Shown one piece after another: positions 16,789-27,936 of a stretch of DNA of 32,000 nucleotides; position 1 is the first letter of the stretch; every line of letters starts with the position of its first letter. The stretch is taken from assembly GCF_000803625.1 (NCBI RefSeq), contig NZ_CP007496.1, positions 660,001-692,000 on the forward strand. The letters run 5' to 3'. The translations under genes were made by a program, and so were the position numbers. The DNA is from Candidatus Nanosynbacter lyticus. GTDB taxonomy: Bacteria; Patescibacteriota; Saccharimonadia; Saccharimonadales; Saccharimonadaceae. The notes under the pieces are model-generated. The model did not search any database, was not told the DNA's origin, and was given only the letters and a program-made list of their open reading frames with translations.

Positions 16789-18193
16789 TTTTTACTTCAA
16801 AGTTGTTCTGGTCGTTCTTGATATCTTGGCTTTATTGAGCGCCTTTACTATTGCCTATATTTTACGCATATCCTTAGATCCTAGACCGTTCCACGTCAGT
16901 ATCAATGCTTTAGATTTCATTACGTCTATCGCTATGACCTTACCGCTATGGATTATAATGTTCTATTTCTTCGGACTTTACGACCGCGAAAGCTACACCC
17001 ATCCTTTACGCCAATTTGGACGAATTCTTCTGGCATCAGTTACCGGAATTATGATTATGATTTCAGTAACTTTTTTCACCAACACGCCGCTGTTTCCAGC
17101 CAAGCTTGTCGCTGTCTATGCTACCGTGATTGGCTTTGCTCTATTGATGGTTTTTCGTAGCACCGCCAATATCATTCGTTTACGGTTATTAAAACGTGGA
17201 TTGGGTGCACGTCGAGTCGTAATAGTCGGCAATTGCGACTTAACTCATGTTTTAGCCGATTTTATTGAGAATAATCCACTAACTGGCTTTAGGGTCAGCG
17301 GAATTGTAGCACGAGCTGAGTTTATACCGATTGAGCTGAAAAGTCTCAGACGCTCATCATTAGAATCAGCACTAACCAGAGATAAAATTGACGTTATTAT
17401 CCAAACTGATTCAAAAAATGTTAATAACAATTACCAGCTCGCCCAGAAACATTATTTAGATTTTTATCAAGCACCAGAATTTGACGGAATTATGACCACT
17501 AAGCACACGATTGACATCATTGATTCCGTGCCGCTAATTCACGCCCACCCAACACCGCTGATGGGCTATGGCCAGATTGTGAAACGAGTTATGGATATTG
17601 TCGGCGGAACAATTGGTATTATTTTAGCCTCGCCGATAATGCTTTTGGTAGCAATTGCCGTGAAAATTAGCGATCCAGCCGGCCCAATCCTGATGCACGG
17701 CAAACAACAAAAGCGTCTCACTCGTTACAACCGGCCGTTCAAAGTTTACAAATTCCGCTCGCATTATGCCAAATTTGACGGTAAGACTGACGAAGAAGTA
17801 TTCCAAATGGTCGGCAAACCGGAGCTGATTGAAGAATATCGTAAAAACGGCGATAAACTTGATCAAGATTTTCGCGTTACGCCAGTCGGCCGTTTTATCC
17901 GCCGGTTTAGTCTGGATGAATTGCCGCAGTTGTTTAATGTCCTAAAGGGTGACATCAGCCTAGTTGGACCGCGTGCTTTAGTACCGCATGAACTCAGCGC
18001 ATACGATAAAAAACATGTTTTACTGGCGGTAAAATCCGGATTGACTGGGCTGGCGGTAGTCTCTGGCAGGCGCAGTATTAGCTTTGAGGAACGGCGGCGA
18101 ATTGATCTATACTACGTACAGAACTGGAGTTTATGGTTGGATATTACTATTCTATTAAAAACCTGCTTGGTTATTTTCCAAAAGGATAATTGA
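16772..18193 (+). CDS. Undecaprenyl-phosphate sugar phosphotransferase (initiating polyprenyl glycosyltransferase)
   Basis: N-terminal TM helices plus C-terminal 'VMDIVGGTIGIILASPIMLLVAIAVKISDPAGPILMHGKQQKRLTRYNRPFKVYKFRSH...RRFSLDELPQLFNVLKGDISLVGPR'. Confidence 0.93.
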   Translation: MRKKSDFYFKVVLVVLDILALLSAFTIAYILRISLDPRPFHVSINALDFITSIAMTLPLWIIMFYFFGLYDRESYTHPLRQFGRILLASVTGIMIMISVTFFTNTPLFPAKLVAVYATVIGFALLMVFRSTANIIRLRLLKRGLGARRVVIVGNCDLTHVLADFIENNPLTGFRVSGIVARAEFIPIELKSLRRSSLESALTRDKIDVIIQTDSKNVNNNYQLAQKHYLDFYQAPEFDGIMTTKHTIDIIDSVPLIHAHPTPLMGYGQIVKRVMDIVGGTIGIILASPIMLLVAIAVKISDPAGPILMHGKQQKRLTRYNRPFKVYKFRSHYAKFDGKTDEEVFQMVGKPELIEEYRKNGDKLDQDFRVTPVGRFIRRFSLDELPQLFNVLKGDISLVGPRALVPHELSAYDKKHVLLAVKSGLTGLAVVSGRRSISFEERRRIDLYYVQNWSLWLDITILLKTCLVIFQKDN

Positions 18194-19335
18194 TGAGCAA
18201 GCCAAAGATTGCCATAGTTCACGACTGGCTGTATGGCGGCGGCGCGGAAAAAGTCGTCTTAGAAATCCACAAATTATACCCAGAGGCACCAATTTATACT
18301 TCTTTTTGCAGCGATGAATGGCGACAAAAACTAGATAATAAAGTCATTACTGGCTATTTGCAGCGCTGGCCATTTTCAAAACTCCGTCGCTTTTTGCCGC
18401 TCTTGAGGCAATGGTGGTTTGCGCGGCTCGACCTTAGTCAATATGACATTATCCTCTCTAGCTCGGGCAACGGCGAAGCTAAATTTGTCCGTAAGTCCCG
18501 CCCCGAACAACTGCATATTTGCTATTGCCACACGCCAACGCACTTTTATTGGCGGCACTATGATGAATATATTAAGCGCCCCAGTTTTCGTCCGCGCTGG
18601 CTAGCCAGATTAGGCTTAAAAACTTTGGTTCGTCCGCTGAAAAAACGCGATTTTATTGCTGCCCAGCAAGTTGATATTTTCATTGCCAATTCCACCGGCA
18701 TCCAAGCTGATATCACAGAATTTTACCAGAAAAAAAGCACTATTATTTTTCCGCCCATTGACCTATCGAATTTCTCGCCGCTATCTAAAACTCGTCAGAA
18801 AAAAATCATTCCTAAAAAGCCGCGTTGCCTGATTTGGGGACGAATTGTGCCGATGAAGCGACTTGATGTAGCTATCAACGCCTGTCAAAAACTTGGTTGG
18901 AAACTAGATATTATAGGTAAGGGTCCCGACATGGACCGTCTAAAAAAACTGGCCGGCCCACATACAAATTTCTTAGGATTTGTTGATGATGCAACGCGGG
19001 AAAAGTACATAAAAGAAGCCGATTTATTTATTTTTTGTTCACACGAAGACTTTGGTATCGCGCCAGTTGAGGCTTTAGCGGCAGGAATTCCGGTAATCGC
19101 TTACCAAGCAGGCGGCGCACTTGATTATATTAAACCAGAAAAAAACGGCTGGTTTTTCTCAGAACAAACGGCCGAACAATTGGTAAAAACTTTGAAAGAG
19201 TTGCCAGGCAAAAAAATTTCGCCAGCAAAAATTTCTGCTACTGCCAATGAATTCTCAGCCGCCATTTTCCGCAAATCAATGAAAAATATAGTTGAAAAAT
19301 CATGGAAGGAGTATTCTCATGAAAATCGCCATTGA
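18193..19335 (+). CDS. Glycosyltransferase family 4
   Basis: 'KIAIVHDWLYGGGAEKVVLEIHKLYPEAPIYTSF', 'IWGRIVPMKRLDVAINA', 'FGIAPVEALAAGIPVIAYQAGG'. The track start (18190) is TTG; ATG at 18193 preferred. Confidence 0.92.
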   Translation: MSKPKIAIVHDWLYGGGAEKVVLEIHKLYPEAPIYTSFCSDEWRQKLDNKVITGYLQRWPFSKLRRFLPLLRQWWFARLDLSQYDIILSSSGNGEAKFVRKSRPEQLHICYCHTPTHFYWRHYDEYIKRPSFRPRWLARLGLKTLVRPLKKRDFIAAQQVDIFIANSTGIQADITEFYQKKSTIIFPPIDLSNFSPLSKTRQKKIIPKKPRCLIWGRIVPMKRLDVAINACQKLGWKLDIIGKGPDMDRLKKLAGPHTNFLGFVDDATREKYIKEADLFIFCSHEDFGIAPVEALAAGIPVIAYQAGGALDYIKPEKNGWFFSEQTAEQLVKTLKELPGKKISPAKISATANEFSAAIFRKSMKNIVEKSWKEYSHENRH

Positions 19336-20422
19336 CGCTCGCACATTACGAACAAGTACTGGACGCTACATTGAACGGCTGATTCATTATCTACAAAAGA
19401 TTGATAAGAAAAATGACTATATTATTCTACTAAAGCCAAAGGATTTCGATAGCTGGCAGCCAACTAATCCGCGTTTTCAAAAAGTAGCTTGCCCTTATAA
19501 AGAATATACTTTTGCTGAACAAATTGATTTTAAAAAACAATTGGAGGGGCTGAATCTAGACCTGGTGCATTTTGCAATGGTTCAGCAGCCGGTTTGGTAT
19601 CATGCTAGTCCAGTCGTCACCACCATGCAAGACCTAACCACTGTTCGGTTTAGAAATCCTGATAAAAATCCCGTTATATTCTGGATAAAGCAACAAATTT
19701 ACAAATGGGTCAATAAAAAAGTCGCTCGAAAATCCGCTCATATTATCACTATTTCCGATTTCGTGAAAAATGATTTGGTTGGATTTACTGGTATTAGTCC
19801 AGATAAAATTACAGTGACACTGGAGTCGGCTGACGAACTACCAAAGGGTAACGAGCCTGTTAAAGATCTGATTGGCAAGAAATTTATTATGTATATCGGT
19901 AGGCCAACACCGCATAAAAATTTACGGCGGCTGATTGATGCTTTTGCATTATTGCAAAAAAAATATCCAGAGTTGACTTTAGCTTTAGCTGGCAAAAAAG
20001 ACAGTAATTATGCTCGCCACGAAGCATATGTCAATAAGCATGGAATTAAAAATGTCGTATTCACTGACTTTATATCAGATGAACAATTGCGCTGGATGTA
20101 TGAAAATACGGCTGTTTATTGTTTCCCCTCACTTAGCGAAGGATTTGGCTTGCCAGGTCTTGAGGCAATGCTACACGGCGCGCCAGTTGCTTCAAGCACC
20201 ACTACTTGCCTGCCAGAAACTCACGGCGATGCCGCTCACTATTTTGATCCGTATGATGTCGAGGATATAGCGCGAGCTATTGATGAAATTTTGTCTGACG
20301 AAAAGCTACGTCGAGAATTGATTAAAAAAGGCAAACAGCACGTCAAAACTTTCTCCTGGCAGCGGATGGCCGAGCAGACGCTAGCGGTTTATGAACAATA
20401 CGGTAGCCAGAATAAAAACTAG
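19319..20422 (+). CDS. Glycosyltransferase family 4
   Basis: 'MKIAIDARTLRTSTGRYIERLIHYL', 'YIGRPTPHKNLRRLIDAF', 'PSLSEGFGLPGLEAMLHGAPVASS'. Confidence 0.92.
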   Translation: MKIAIDARTLRTSTGRYIERLIHYLQKIDKKNDYIILLKPKDFDSWQPTNPRFQKVACPYKEYTFAEQIDFKKQLEGLNLDLVHFAMVQQPVWYHASPVVTTMQDLTTVRFRNPDKNPVIFWIKQQIYKWVNKKVARKSAHIITISDFVKNDLVGFTGISPDKITVTLESADELPKGNEPVKDLIGKKFIMYIGRPTPHKNLRRLIDAFALLQKKYPELTLALAGKKDSNYARHEAYVNKHGIKNVVFTDFISDEQLRWMYENTAVYCFPSLSEGFGLPGLEAMLHGAPVASSTTTCLPETHGDAAHYFDPYDVEDIARAIDEILSDEKLRRELIKKGKQHVKTFSWQRMAEQTLAVYEQYGSQNKN

Positions 20423-20856
20423 CTTTCTTGACCAGTAGCCTGATTAATACGCGTAGACGAATCTGCTTTATTTGTACCGCCAACTCCATATACCATTTCG
20501 ATGTTGTATTTTTCACAAACATTACGCTCTGGTACAACCTCTGGCGCCGATCGATCGCCGCCATTAGCAAATACCAATTGACAACCTGGATACTGTCGCG
20601 CAATCATTTCCAGCGTCTCCGTTACTGGCGGCTCTTCGTCAATAGACAACATTACTTGATCAACACCTTTTAATGCTCGCATTAATCGAAGCCGATTTTC
20701 CTCATTGAGAATGATTTTTCCTTTTTTAAGCAATTGCTGTTTGTCGTTATTAACAACCACAATCAAATAATCACCCATTTTTGCCGCTGCTTCAATCATG
20801 CCTAAATGTCCACCGTGCAATGGATTAAAATAGCCACTAACAATTACAACCTTCAT
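20419..20856 (-). CDS. Cytidylyltransferase-like nucleotidyltransferase
   Basis: 145 aa; 'VSGYFNPLHGGHLGMIEAA' (HxGH motif). AGGAGG SD upstream. Confidence 0.88.
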   Translation of the reverse strand: MKVVIVSGYFNPLHGGHLGMIEAAAKMGDYLIVVVNNDKQQLLKKGKIILNEENRLRLMRALKGVDQVMLSIDEEPPVTETLEMIARQYPGCQLVFANGGDRSAPEVVPERNVCEKYNIEMVYGVGGTNKADSSTRINQATGQES

Positions 20857-20890
20857 ATTTCCTCCTCTGTAACTTCTATATTATACCTGA

Positions 20891-21916
<1,026 letters not shown>

Positions 21917-21918
21917 TT

Positions 21919-22485
21919 ATGTTTGATCCAAACGACTACAACGAACTAACCGTCACCGAATCACCCATCCCTGGTCTATTCGTCGTCAAATTACCAGTCC
22001 ATGGCGATAATCGCGGCTGGTTCAAAGAAAACTACCAAAAAGAAAAAATGGAAGCACTGGGACTACCGTCGTTTACCATCGTGCAAAACAACATCAGCTT
22101 CAATGATAAAGCTGGCGCCACTCGGGGCTTACACGCCGAGCCATGGAACAAATTCATCTCCACCGCCAACGGTCGGGTGTTCGGCTCGTGGTGCGATTTG
22201 CGTAAAGGCGACAGCTTTGGCCGAGTTTTCACGCACGAAATTAACCCCGGCACAGCAATTTTCGTACCAAAAGGCGTTGCCAATGGCTATCAAGCGCTTG
22301 ACGACAACATTGCCTACACTTACCTGGTTGACGCGCACTGGTCGCCAGCCGCCAAATACACCTTTGTCAATCTGTTTGATCCGGCACTCGGTATTGACTG
22401 GCCGATCAGCCAGGATCAAGCGATTATTTCTGAAAAGGACGCCGCTCACCCGCTACTTACAAACGTAATCCCAATGGAGGTTTAA
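21919..22485 (+). CDS. rfbC: dTDP-4-dehydrorhamnose 3,5-epimerase
   Basis: 'ATRGLHAEPWNKFISTANGRVFGSWCDLRKG', 'GVANGYQALDDNIAYTYLVDAHWSP'. Start at 21919 (listed ORF is 5'-extended). Confidence 0.93.
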   Translation: MFDPNDYNELTVTESPIPGLFVVKLPVHGDNRGWFKENYQKEKMEALGLPSFTIVQNNISFNDKAGATRGLHAEPWNKFISTANGRVFGSWCDLRKGDSFGRVFTHEINPGTAIFVPKGVANGYQALDDNIAYTYLVDAHWSPAAKYTFVNLFDPALGIDWPISQDQAIISEKDAAHPLLTNVIPMEV

Positions 22486-22486
22486 T

Positions 22487-23332
22487 ATGAATTCAAATAA
22501 CATTTTTATCGTCGGAGCAAATGGTCAACTAGGGCGGGCACTTCGTCAACAATATCCAGAAGCACAGTTCGCCGACATAGACGAGATGGATATTACTGAC
22601 CGCCAATCAGTTGAGTCATTTGATTGGTCAGGAATATCAATCGTTTTAAACGCAGCAGCCTTTACTAATGTTGACGGCGCAGAAACACCAGAAGGTCGCG
22701 TTGCAGCCTGGAAGGTTAACGCCTCAGCGGTTGCCAACCTAACCCGAGTTTGTCGCTCTCACAATATGACTTTAGTACATATTTCCAGCGATTACGTATT
22801 TGACGGGACAAAAGAACCACATTATGAAAGCGAAGACTTTAGTCCGCTGAGTGTTTATGGTGCATCAAAGGCTGCTGGAGATTTGTTGGTTGAACAACTC
22901 GATAATTTTTACCTACTGCGTACTACTTGGGTGATTGGTGAAGGTAAAAATTTCGTCCGCACCATGCTGGGATTGGCGGAGAAAAATATTTCACCAACTG
23001 TTGTTCATGACCAAATTGGCCGGCTAACCTTTACTAATGAATTGGTGAGAATTATTGACCACCTGCTGTCAACTAAGGCACCGTTTGGCACATACAACGC
23101 CACCAACGATGGCCCGTTGGAAAGCTGGGCTGACATTACCAGGCGAATATTTAAGCTGGCTGGGCGCAATGACCTGACTGTTACCAACACGACGACGGCT
23201 GAATATTTTGCTGGCAAAGATGGGATTGCACCACGTCCATTAGGCAGCAACATGAGCCTTGACAAGTTACATTCAACTGGATTTACTAGCTGTGATTGGA
23301 CGCATGACTTAAAAGATTATATACTGAGCTAA
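22487..23332 (+). CDS. rfbD: dTDP-4-dehydrorhamnose reductase
   Basis: '[14 protein letters not shown]', '[11 protein letters not shown]', 'YGASKAAGD'. Located in the rfbBCDA order. Confidence 0.93.
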   Translation: MNSNNIFIVGANGQLGRALRQQYPEAQFADIDEMDITDRQSVESFDWSGISIVLNAAAFTNVDGAETPEGRVAAWKVNASAVANLTRVCRSHNMTLVHISSDYVFDGTKEPHYESEDFSPLSVYGASKAAGDLLVEQLDNFYLLRTTWVIGEGKNFVRTMLGLAEKNISPTVVHDQIGRLTFTNELVRIIDHLLSTKAPFGTYNATNDGPLESWADITRRIFKLAGRNDLTVTNTTTAEYFAGKDGIAPRPLGSNMSLDKLHSTGFTSCDWTHDLKDYILS

Positions 23333-23342
23333 AAGGAGTTTT

Positions 23343-24188
23343 ATGAAAGGAATAATTTTAGCAGGTGGATCAGGGACGCGCCTTTGGCCAATTACTCAGG
23401 CGATCAGTAAACAACTAATGCCGATTTATGATAAGCCGATGATTTATTATCCGCTTACTACACTCATGCAGGCAGGAATTCGCGATATTTTGATAATTAC
23501 CACACCAGACGACCAGGCTGGCTTTCAACGACTCCTTGGCGACGGTTCACAGTGGGGTATCACCCTCGAATATGCCGTTCAACCTAGCCCAGACGGCCTA
23601 GCACAAGCCTTCATCATCGGTGAAGATTTCATTGGCGACGACAAGGTGGCGTTAGTCCTGGGAGATAACATCTTCCACGGTGAGCGGCTGGATGAATCTC
23701 TACAGGGGTGTACTAATCCTGATGGTGGTATAGTTTTTGCCTACAAGGTTTCTGACCCAGAACGATACGGTGTTGTCGAGTTTGATGAACAAAATCAAGC
23801 TATTTCCATTGAAGAAAAACCAGCCAAGCCAAAATCAAACTTTGCCGTTGTTGGTTTGTATTTTTATGACAATGACGTGGTCGAAATCGCCAAGAACGTC
23901 AAACCATCCGACCGCGGTGAGCTAGAGATTACCTCCATCAATGCTAAATACTTGCGCCGCGGTAAACTGCGGGTCCAAGCCTTAGACAACGGTGACGTTT
24001 GGCTGGATACTGGAACGATTGACAGCCTGACCGATGCCTCTGACTTTGTTCGGGTTATCCAAAAACGAACCGGCCGCATCATTGGTAGTCCAGAAAAAAT
24101 TGCCTTTAAAAATGGCTGGATTAATCGGGATCAGCTTAGCAAGCTCTCTGAGCCGCTGAAAAAATCTGGTTACGGTAAGTATTTATAA
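23343..24188 (+). CDS. rfbA: Glucose-1-phosphate thymidylyltransferase
   Basis: '[42 protein letters not shown]'. Confidence 0.96.
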   Translation: MKGIILAGGSGTRLWPITQAISKQLMPIYDKPMIYYPLTTLMQAGIRDILIITTPDDQAGFQRLLGDGSQWGITLEYAVQPSPDGLAQAFIIGEDFIGDDKVALVLGDNIFHGERLDESLQGCTNPDGGIVFAYKVSDPERYGVVEFDEQNQAISIEEKPAKPKSNFAVVGLYFYDNDVVEIAKNVKPSDRGELEITSINAKYLRRGKLRVQALDNGDVWLDTGTIDSLTDASDFVRVIQKRTGRIIGSPEKIAFKNGWINRDQLSKLSEPLKKSGYGKYL

Positions 24189-24195
24189 ATAGTGT

Positions 24196-24201
24196 TATAC
24201 T
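24196..24201 (+). promoter_or_regulatory. Leaderless-type -10 for the GT2 gene
   Basis: TGTTATACT-ATTAAC-ATG (ATG at 24208). Confidence 0.65.
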
Positions 24202-24207
24202 ATTAAC

Positions 24208-24912
24208 ATGAAGAGGGTTTGTGTTATTATTCCAGCTTATAACGAGGCAGCTGTCATTGAAAGTGTAATTAAAAAAGCCAAGAAGGTTTTTTCAAAAGCC
24301 AAGAAAGATTATTTGATAGATATCGTACTTGTTAATGACGGGTCGAAGGATAATACTCTTGATCAAGCGCAAAAAGGCGGCGCAATTGTCATTGATCATA
24401 TCTTGAATTCCGGAGCTGGCGGTGCAACACTAACTGGACTTGCCTACGCGCAGCAACGCGGCTATGATATTGCCGCCACCATGGATGCTGATGGTCAGCA
24501 CGATCCAGAAGATGTCTTGGCGGGCATTCGACAGAGCGACAAATCTAACACTGATTTACTTATCGGTAGCCGGCTCATCAATAGCGAAGGCATGTCTAGG
24601 ACTAAGGTTTTGGGAAATAAAGGCTTAAGTTTCATCACTTATGCTCTGTTTGGCATCAATGTCACTGATTCACAGTCCGGTCTGCGAGTTTACTCGCGAA
24701 AGGCAATTGATAACCTCGACTGGAAATCGACTGGCTACGAATTTTGCTCAGAGATGATTTGGCGCGCCAAACAAGCAGGCATGGTTATTTCCGAATACCC
24801 AATTAAAGCAATTTACACCGACTATTCCCGTGCCAAAGGTCAAAACAACTGGAATGCCATCAATATTGTCAAACGACTATTTAAGCAACGCTTAACGGAG
24901 TTATTCGAATGA
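24208..24912 (+). CDS. Glycosyltransferase family 2 (polyprenyl-phosphate glycosyltransferase-like)
   Basis: 'CVIIPAYNEAAVIESVIKKA...IVLVNDGSKDNTLDQA...ATMDADGQHDPEDV'. Confidence 0.92.
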   Translation: MKRVCVIIPAYNEAAVIESVIKKAKKVFSKAKKDYLIDIVLVNDGSKDNTLDQAQKGGAIVIDHILNSGAGGATLTGLAYAQQRGYDIAATMDADGQHDPEDVLAGIRQSDKSNTDLLIGSRLINSEGMSRTKVLGNKGLSFITYALFGINVTDSQSGLRVYSRKAIDNLDWKSTGYEFCSEMIWRAKQAGMVISEYPIKAIYTDYSRAKGQNNWNAINIVKRLFKQRLTELFE

Positions 24913-25262
24913 GATACCTTGTCCTTGTATTACTTAATGTGCCGATTATTTTAGCAGCATTGATCAATATCATCACTCAGTACAAACTGCGCAAAGTCAG
25001 CGTAGCACGCTTTCGTCATCAATTAATCATCTGGGTAGTTATCATGGTTGTCCTGATTGGGTCATTTCCTCTGTATAATATTTCGATTGGCCATCCGCCG
25101 CTGGATTCATCAGAGTTAAGCTTATTTGATATTTTGCAAACTACAGCGATTATTTTGCTATTCTACATCGCCAACAACCAGCGCCAGCGTATCGACCAAA
25201 ACGAGCGAAGACTACGCGATTTACATCAAGAATTATCAATTAGGCTGTCGGATGAAAAATAG
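24909..25262 (+). CDS. DUF2304-like small membrane protein
   Basis: 117 aa, three hydrophobic segments; ATGA overlap with the preceding GT2, a common pairing. Confidence 0.65.
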   Translation: MRYLVLVLLNVPIILAALINIITQYKLRKVSVARFRHQLIIWVVIMVVLIGSFPLYNISIGHPPLDSSELSLFDILQTTAIILLFYIANNQRQRIDQNERRLRDLHQELSIRLSDEK

Positions 25263-26067
25263 TATTGATATCATCGTACCTTACTGGGGTGAGTTTTCAC
25301 TGCTGAAACAAACCGTCGATTCAGTGCTAGCACAAACCAGCAAAGCCTGGCATTTAACGATCCTCGACGATCATTATCCAGATAAGACCGCCTATGATTA
25401 TTACAAAAAGTTAAATGATAAACGCATCACATATATCAGACATAGCAAAAATATTGGTATCACTGCCAACTTTAATTACGCTATTCAGCATGCAAGCGCA
25501 CCGTATTGCATGATTGTTGGCTGCGACGACAAGCTATTGCCTAACTATGTTGCAACTATGCTAAAAAATATCGGTGAAGCAGATTTTTATCAGCCTCGCG
25601 TACAAATAATCGACGACAAAAGTAACGTATATCTACCGCTTGTCGATAAAGTGAAAAGAATATTGCAGCCTAAAAAATCCAGCATACTGTCTGGCGAAAA
25701 ACTTGCCGCGTCGCTTTGCCACGGTAATTGGCTTTATTTTCCATCCATCACTTGGAAAACCGATACTCTCAAACGATATTCATTTGATACAAAGTATAAA
25801 ATCCTTGAAGACGTCATCGTCGAATTAACCATGATTATTGATGGCGCTTCGCTTTGTTTTGACACAACAGAAACTTTTCAATACCGCCGTTTTGCCGAGT
25901 CGTTATCTAGCAAGGAAAAAGGTAAAAATGGTGTCCGATTCAAGGAAGAGAACGAAGTCTATGATAATTTTTCCGATAGGTTTAATGAGATTGGCTGGAA
26001 AAAAGCCGCACGAGCAGCAAAACTTCGCGTGACATCACGCATCCACAGTTTCCTGTCGCGGTTTTAG
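25252..26067 (+). CDS. Glycosyltransferase family 2
   Basis: 'SIDIIVPYWGEFSLLKQTVDSVLAQTSKAWHLTILDDHYPD'. Start at 25252, overlapping the DUF2304 ORF by 11 nt; the listed ORF is 5'-extended. Confidence 0.9.
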   Translation: MKNSIDIIVPYWGEFSLLKQTVDSVLAQTSKAWHLTILDDHYPDKTAYDYYKKLNDKRITYIRHSKNIGITANFNYAIQHASAPYCMIVGCDDKLLPNYVATMLKNIGEADFYQPRVQIIDDKSNVYLPLVDKVKRILQPKKSSILSGEKLAASLCHGNWLYFPSITWKTDTLKRYSFDTKYKILEDVIVELTMIIDGASLCFDTTETFQYRRFAESLSSKEKGKNGVRFKEENEVYDNFSDRFNEIGWKKAARAAKLRVTSRIHSFLSRF

Positions 26068-26083
26068 CGCTTATCCTATCACT

Positions 26084-27067
26084 CTATTTTGTCTTTGCAA
26101 ACTTACGATTAACCGCCCACGTATACAGATTGACGATTATCGATTGCGGCAATAGGTCATACAGTCGCCAGTTTATGTCTTTCTTCGCCACTGGCATTTT
26201 AGCGTTTTTCCAGGGCGTTAGTTTCAAATATTTACGCCACAAAAAACCAACTGGATTATCGTTACCCCGCTGCCATGGCCGACCGTTCACACCAAACTGC
26301 GAATGAATGATCTTCGGCGTGTAGTAACTCTCCATGATTTCATCATAACTGTAAAAGCTTTCAGGCAAGAAACCGTTGGCTTTAATGTATTTTTTAATAT
26401 CATAGCCATAGAAAACAGTCGAGAAATTATATTCCACACCAACTTTCTTGATCTTACCTTTGAAAAACACGTTGCACAAATCTTGGTCAGCCACCTCGTA
26501 GCTATTGTGCCGCAAATGCTCGCGCATCTTGGCATCAATCTTATCTTTCATCCATTTTTTGTGATTGATAAGCATAATTCCACAGTTAAAGTAGCCGTCG
26601 GTTGGTTTCAAACCAATGACATCTTTGTGCGCGTTCACCATGGTAGCGTCGTACGACAGAGCCATCACATTACCCTCGAAATCAAGCTCCAGAAGACCAT
26701 CAAGCGCACCACTAATCACCGTGTGCGGGTTAATGTACAAAATTCGGTCCGTTTTAATATCAAGCTTAGCAAACGCCAACATCTTATACCACGTGATATA
26801 CAGCCCCTTCCAAGCCTTAACGCCGATCTCTTTCAGTTCATCATGGTAGCTTGAGACATCAACAAACGTAATTGTGGCATTCTGGTAGTTACCAACCATT
26901 TTGTTGAATTTATTGATACTATCTTTTTCCAGCTGGTGTCCGAGGTAAAAAATATTAATCTCTTTCAAATGTTTATTGTTCTCCAAAAGCGATACAATAG
27001 AAATTGCACTGACTACGGCATAGTTGTCATCACTTTGATATATAACATTTATAATTCCTTTATTCAT
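26084..27067 (-). CDS. Glycosyltransferase family 8-like
   Basis: 'GIINVIYQSDDNYAVVSAISIVSLLENNKHLKEINIFYLGH', 'LDIKTDRILYINPHTVISG', 'DGYFNCGIMLINHKKW'. Confidence 0.85.
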   Translation of the reverse strand: MNKGIINVIYQSDDNYAVVSAISIVSLLENNKHLKEINIFYLGHQLEKDSINKFNKMVGNYQNATITFVDVSSYHDELKEIGVKAWKGLYITWYKMLAFAKLDIKTDRILYINPHTVISGALDGLLELDFEGNVMALSYDATMVNAHKDVIGLKPTDGYFNCGIMLINHKKWMKDKIDAKMREHLRHNSYEVADQDLCNVFFKGKIKKVGVEYNFSTVFYGYDIKKYIKANGFLPESFYSYDEIMESYYTPKIIHSQFGVNGRPWQRGNDNPVGFLWRKYLKLTPWKNAKMPVAKKDINWRLYDLLPQSIIVNLYTWAVNRKFAKTK

Positions 27068-27078
27068 GACTGTAATTC

Positions 27079-27936
27079 CTATCCACTAACCGGCAGTTGT
27101 TTAATGTAATCTTTCAGCATGTCCGTGTAGTCTCTTGGCGTGAAACCTGCTCGACGCAACTTCGACAAGTCCATATCACTATTGAGTGGTCGTGGCGCAA
27201 AGCCTGGTTTGCTGGCAGCGTATTCCTCGGTAGAAATTGGTTGCACACGATTGCGGTCATGTCCGGCGTATTCGAACACATCGGCAGCAATTTCATACCA
27301 TGATTTAACTGGACCTTCGTTAGTGACATTGTATAGTCCGTATGCTACGTTATTATCTAAGAAATATTTAGTAGCTCGAGCAATCTCTGACGCAAACGTC
27401 AGCCGACCAAACTGATCATTAACTACTTTTGGATTGATGCGCATATCCGCCAATTTTTTCATAGTTTTTGGCATATTGTGACCGTCACCAACGACCCAAG
27501 ATACCCGCATAATGTAGTGTTTTGGCACTAAGCTAACCACCAAATCACCCGCCGCCTTACTTTCTCCATAAACCAAAAGAGGCGCAACCACTTCATCATC
27601 TTGATGGTTTTTCTCCCGACCGTCCCAGACATAATCTGATGAATAGTGGACAAGGGTCTTATTCTGCTCAATAGCAATCTTAGCTAGGTTGCGTGGACCA
27701 TAAGCATTCGCCAACCACGTCTTAGCACGCAGGTCGTCTGTCTCAGAACCATCAGCGTTAACCAAGGCTGCCGCATTTATGATAACGTCGTATTTCGACC
27801 AATCAAACGCGTCTATTTGCGCTTCATCGGATATATCTAATTCTTCTCGTGATAACGCCTTGGCGTCTGGAAACATAACACACAGCGCCCTACCCAGTTG
27901 TCCACTTGCTCCCACAATTACATACTTCTTACTCAT
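27079..27936 (-). CDS. dTDP-4-dehydrorhamnose reductase paralogue
   Basis: 'YVIVGASGQLGRALCVMFPDAKALSREELDISD', 'VHYSSDYVWDG', 'YGESKAAGD'; colinear along its length with the rfbD product at 22487. Confidence 0.88.
   Translation of the reverse strand: MSKKYVIVGASGQLGRALCVMFPDAKALSREELDISDEAQIDAFDWSKYDVIINAAALVNADGSETDDLRAKTWLANAYGPRNLAKIAIEQNKTLVHYSSDYVWDGREKNHQDDEVVAPLLVYGESKAAGDLVVSLVPKHYIMRVSWVVGDGHNMPKTMKKLADMRINPKVVNDQFGRLTFASEIARATKYFLDNNVAYGLYNVTNEGPVKSWYEIAADVFEYAGHDRNRVQPISTEEYAASKPGFAPRPLNSDMDLSKLRRAGFTPRDYTDMLKDYIKQLPVSG

Noticed and set aside
22001-22468. 155 aa plus-strand ORF and other overlapping ORFs in rfbC
   Set aside because: Out-of-frame with a clear RmlC-type epimerase; an artefact of few stops in GC-richer frames.
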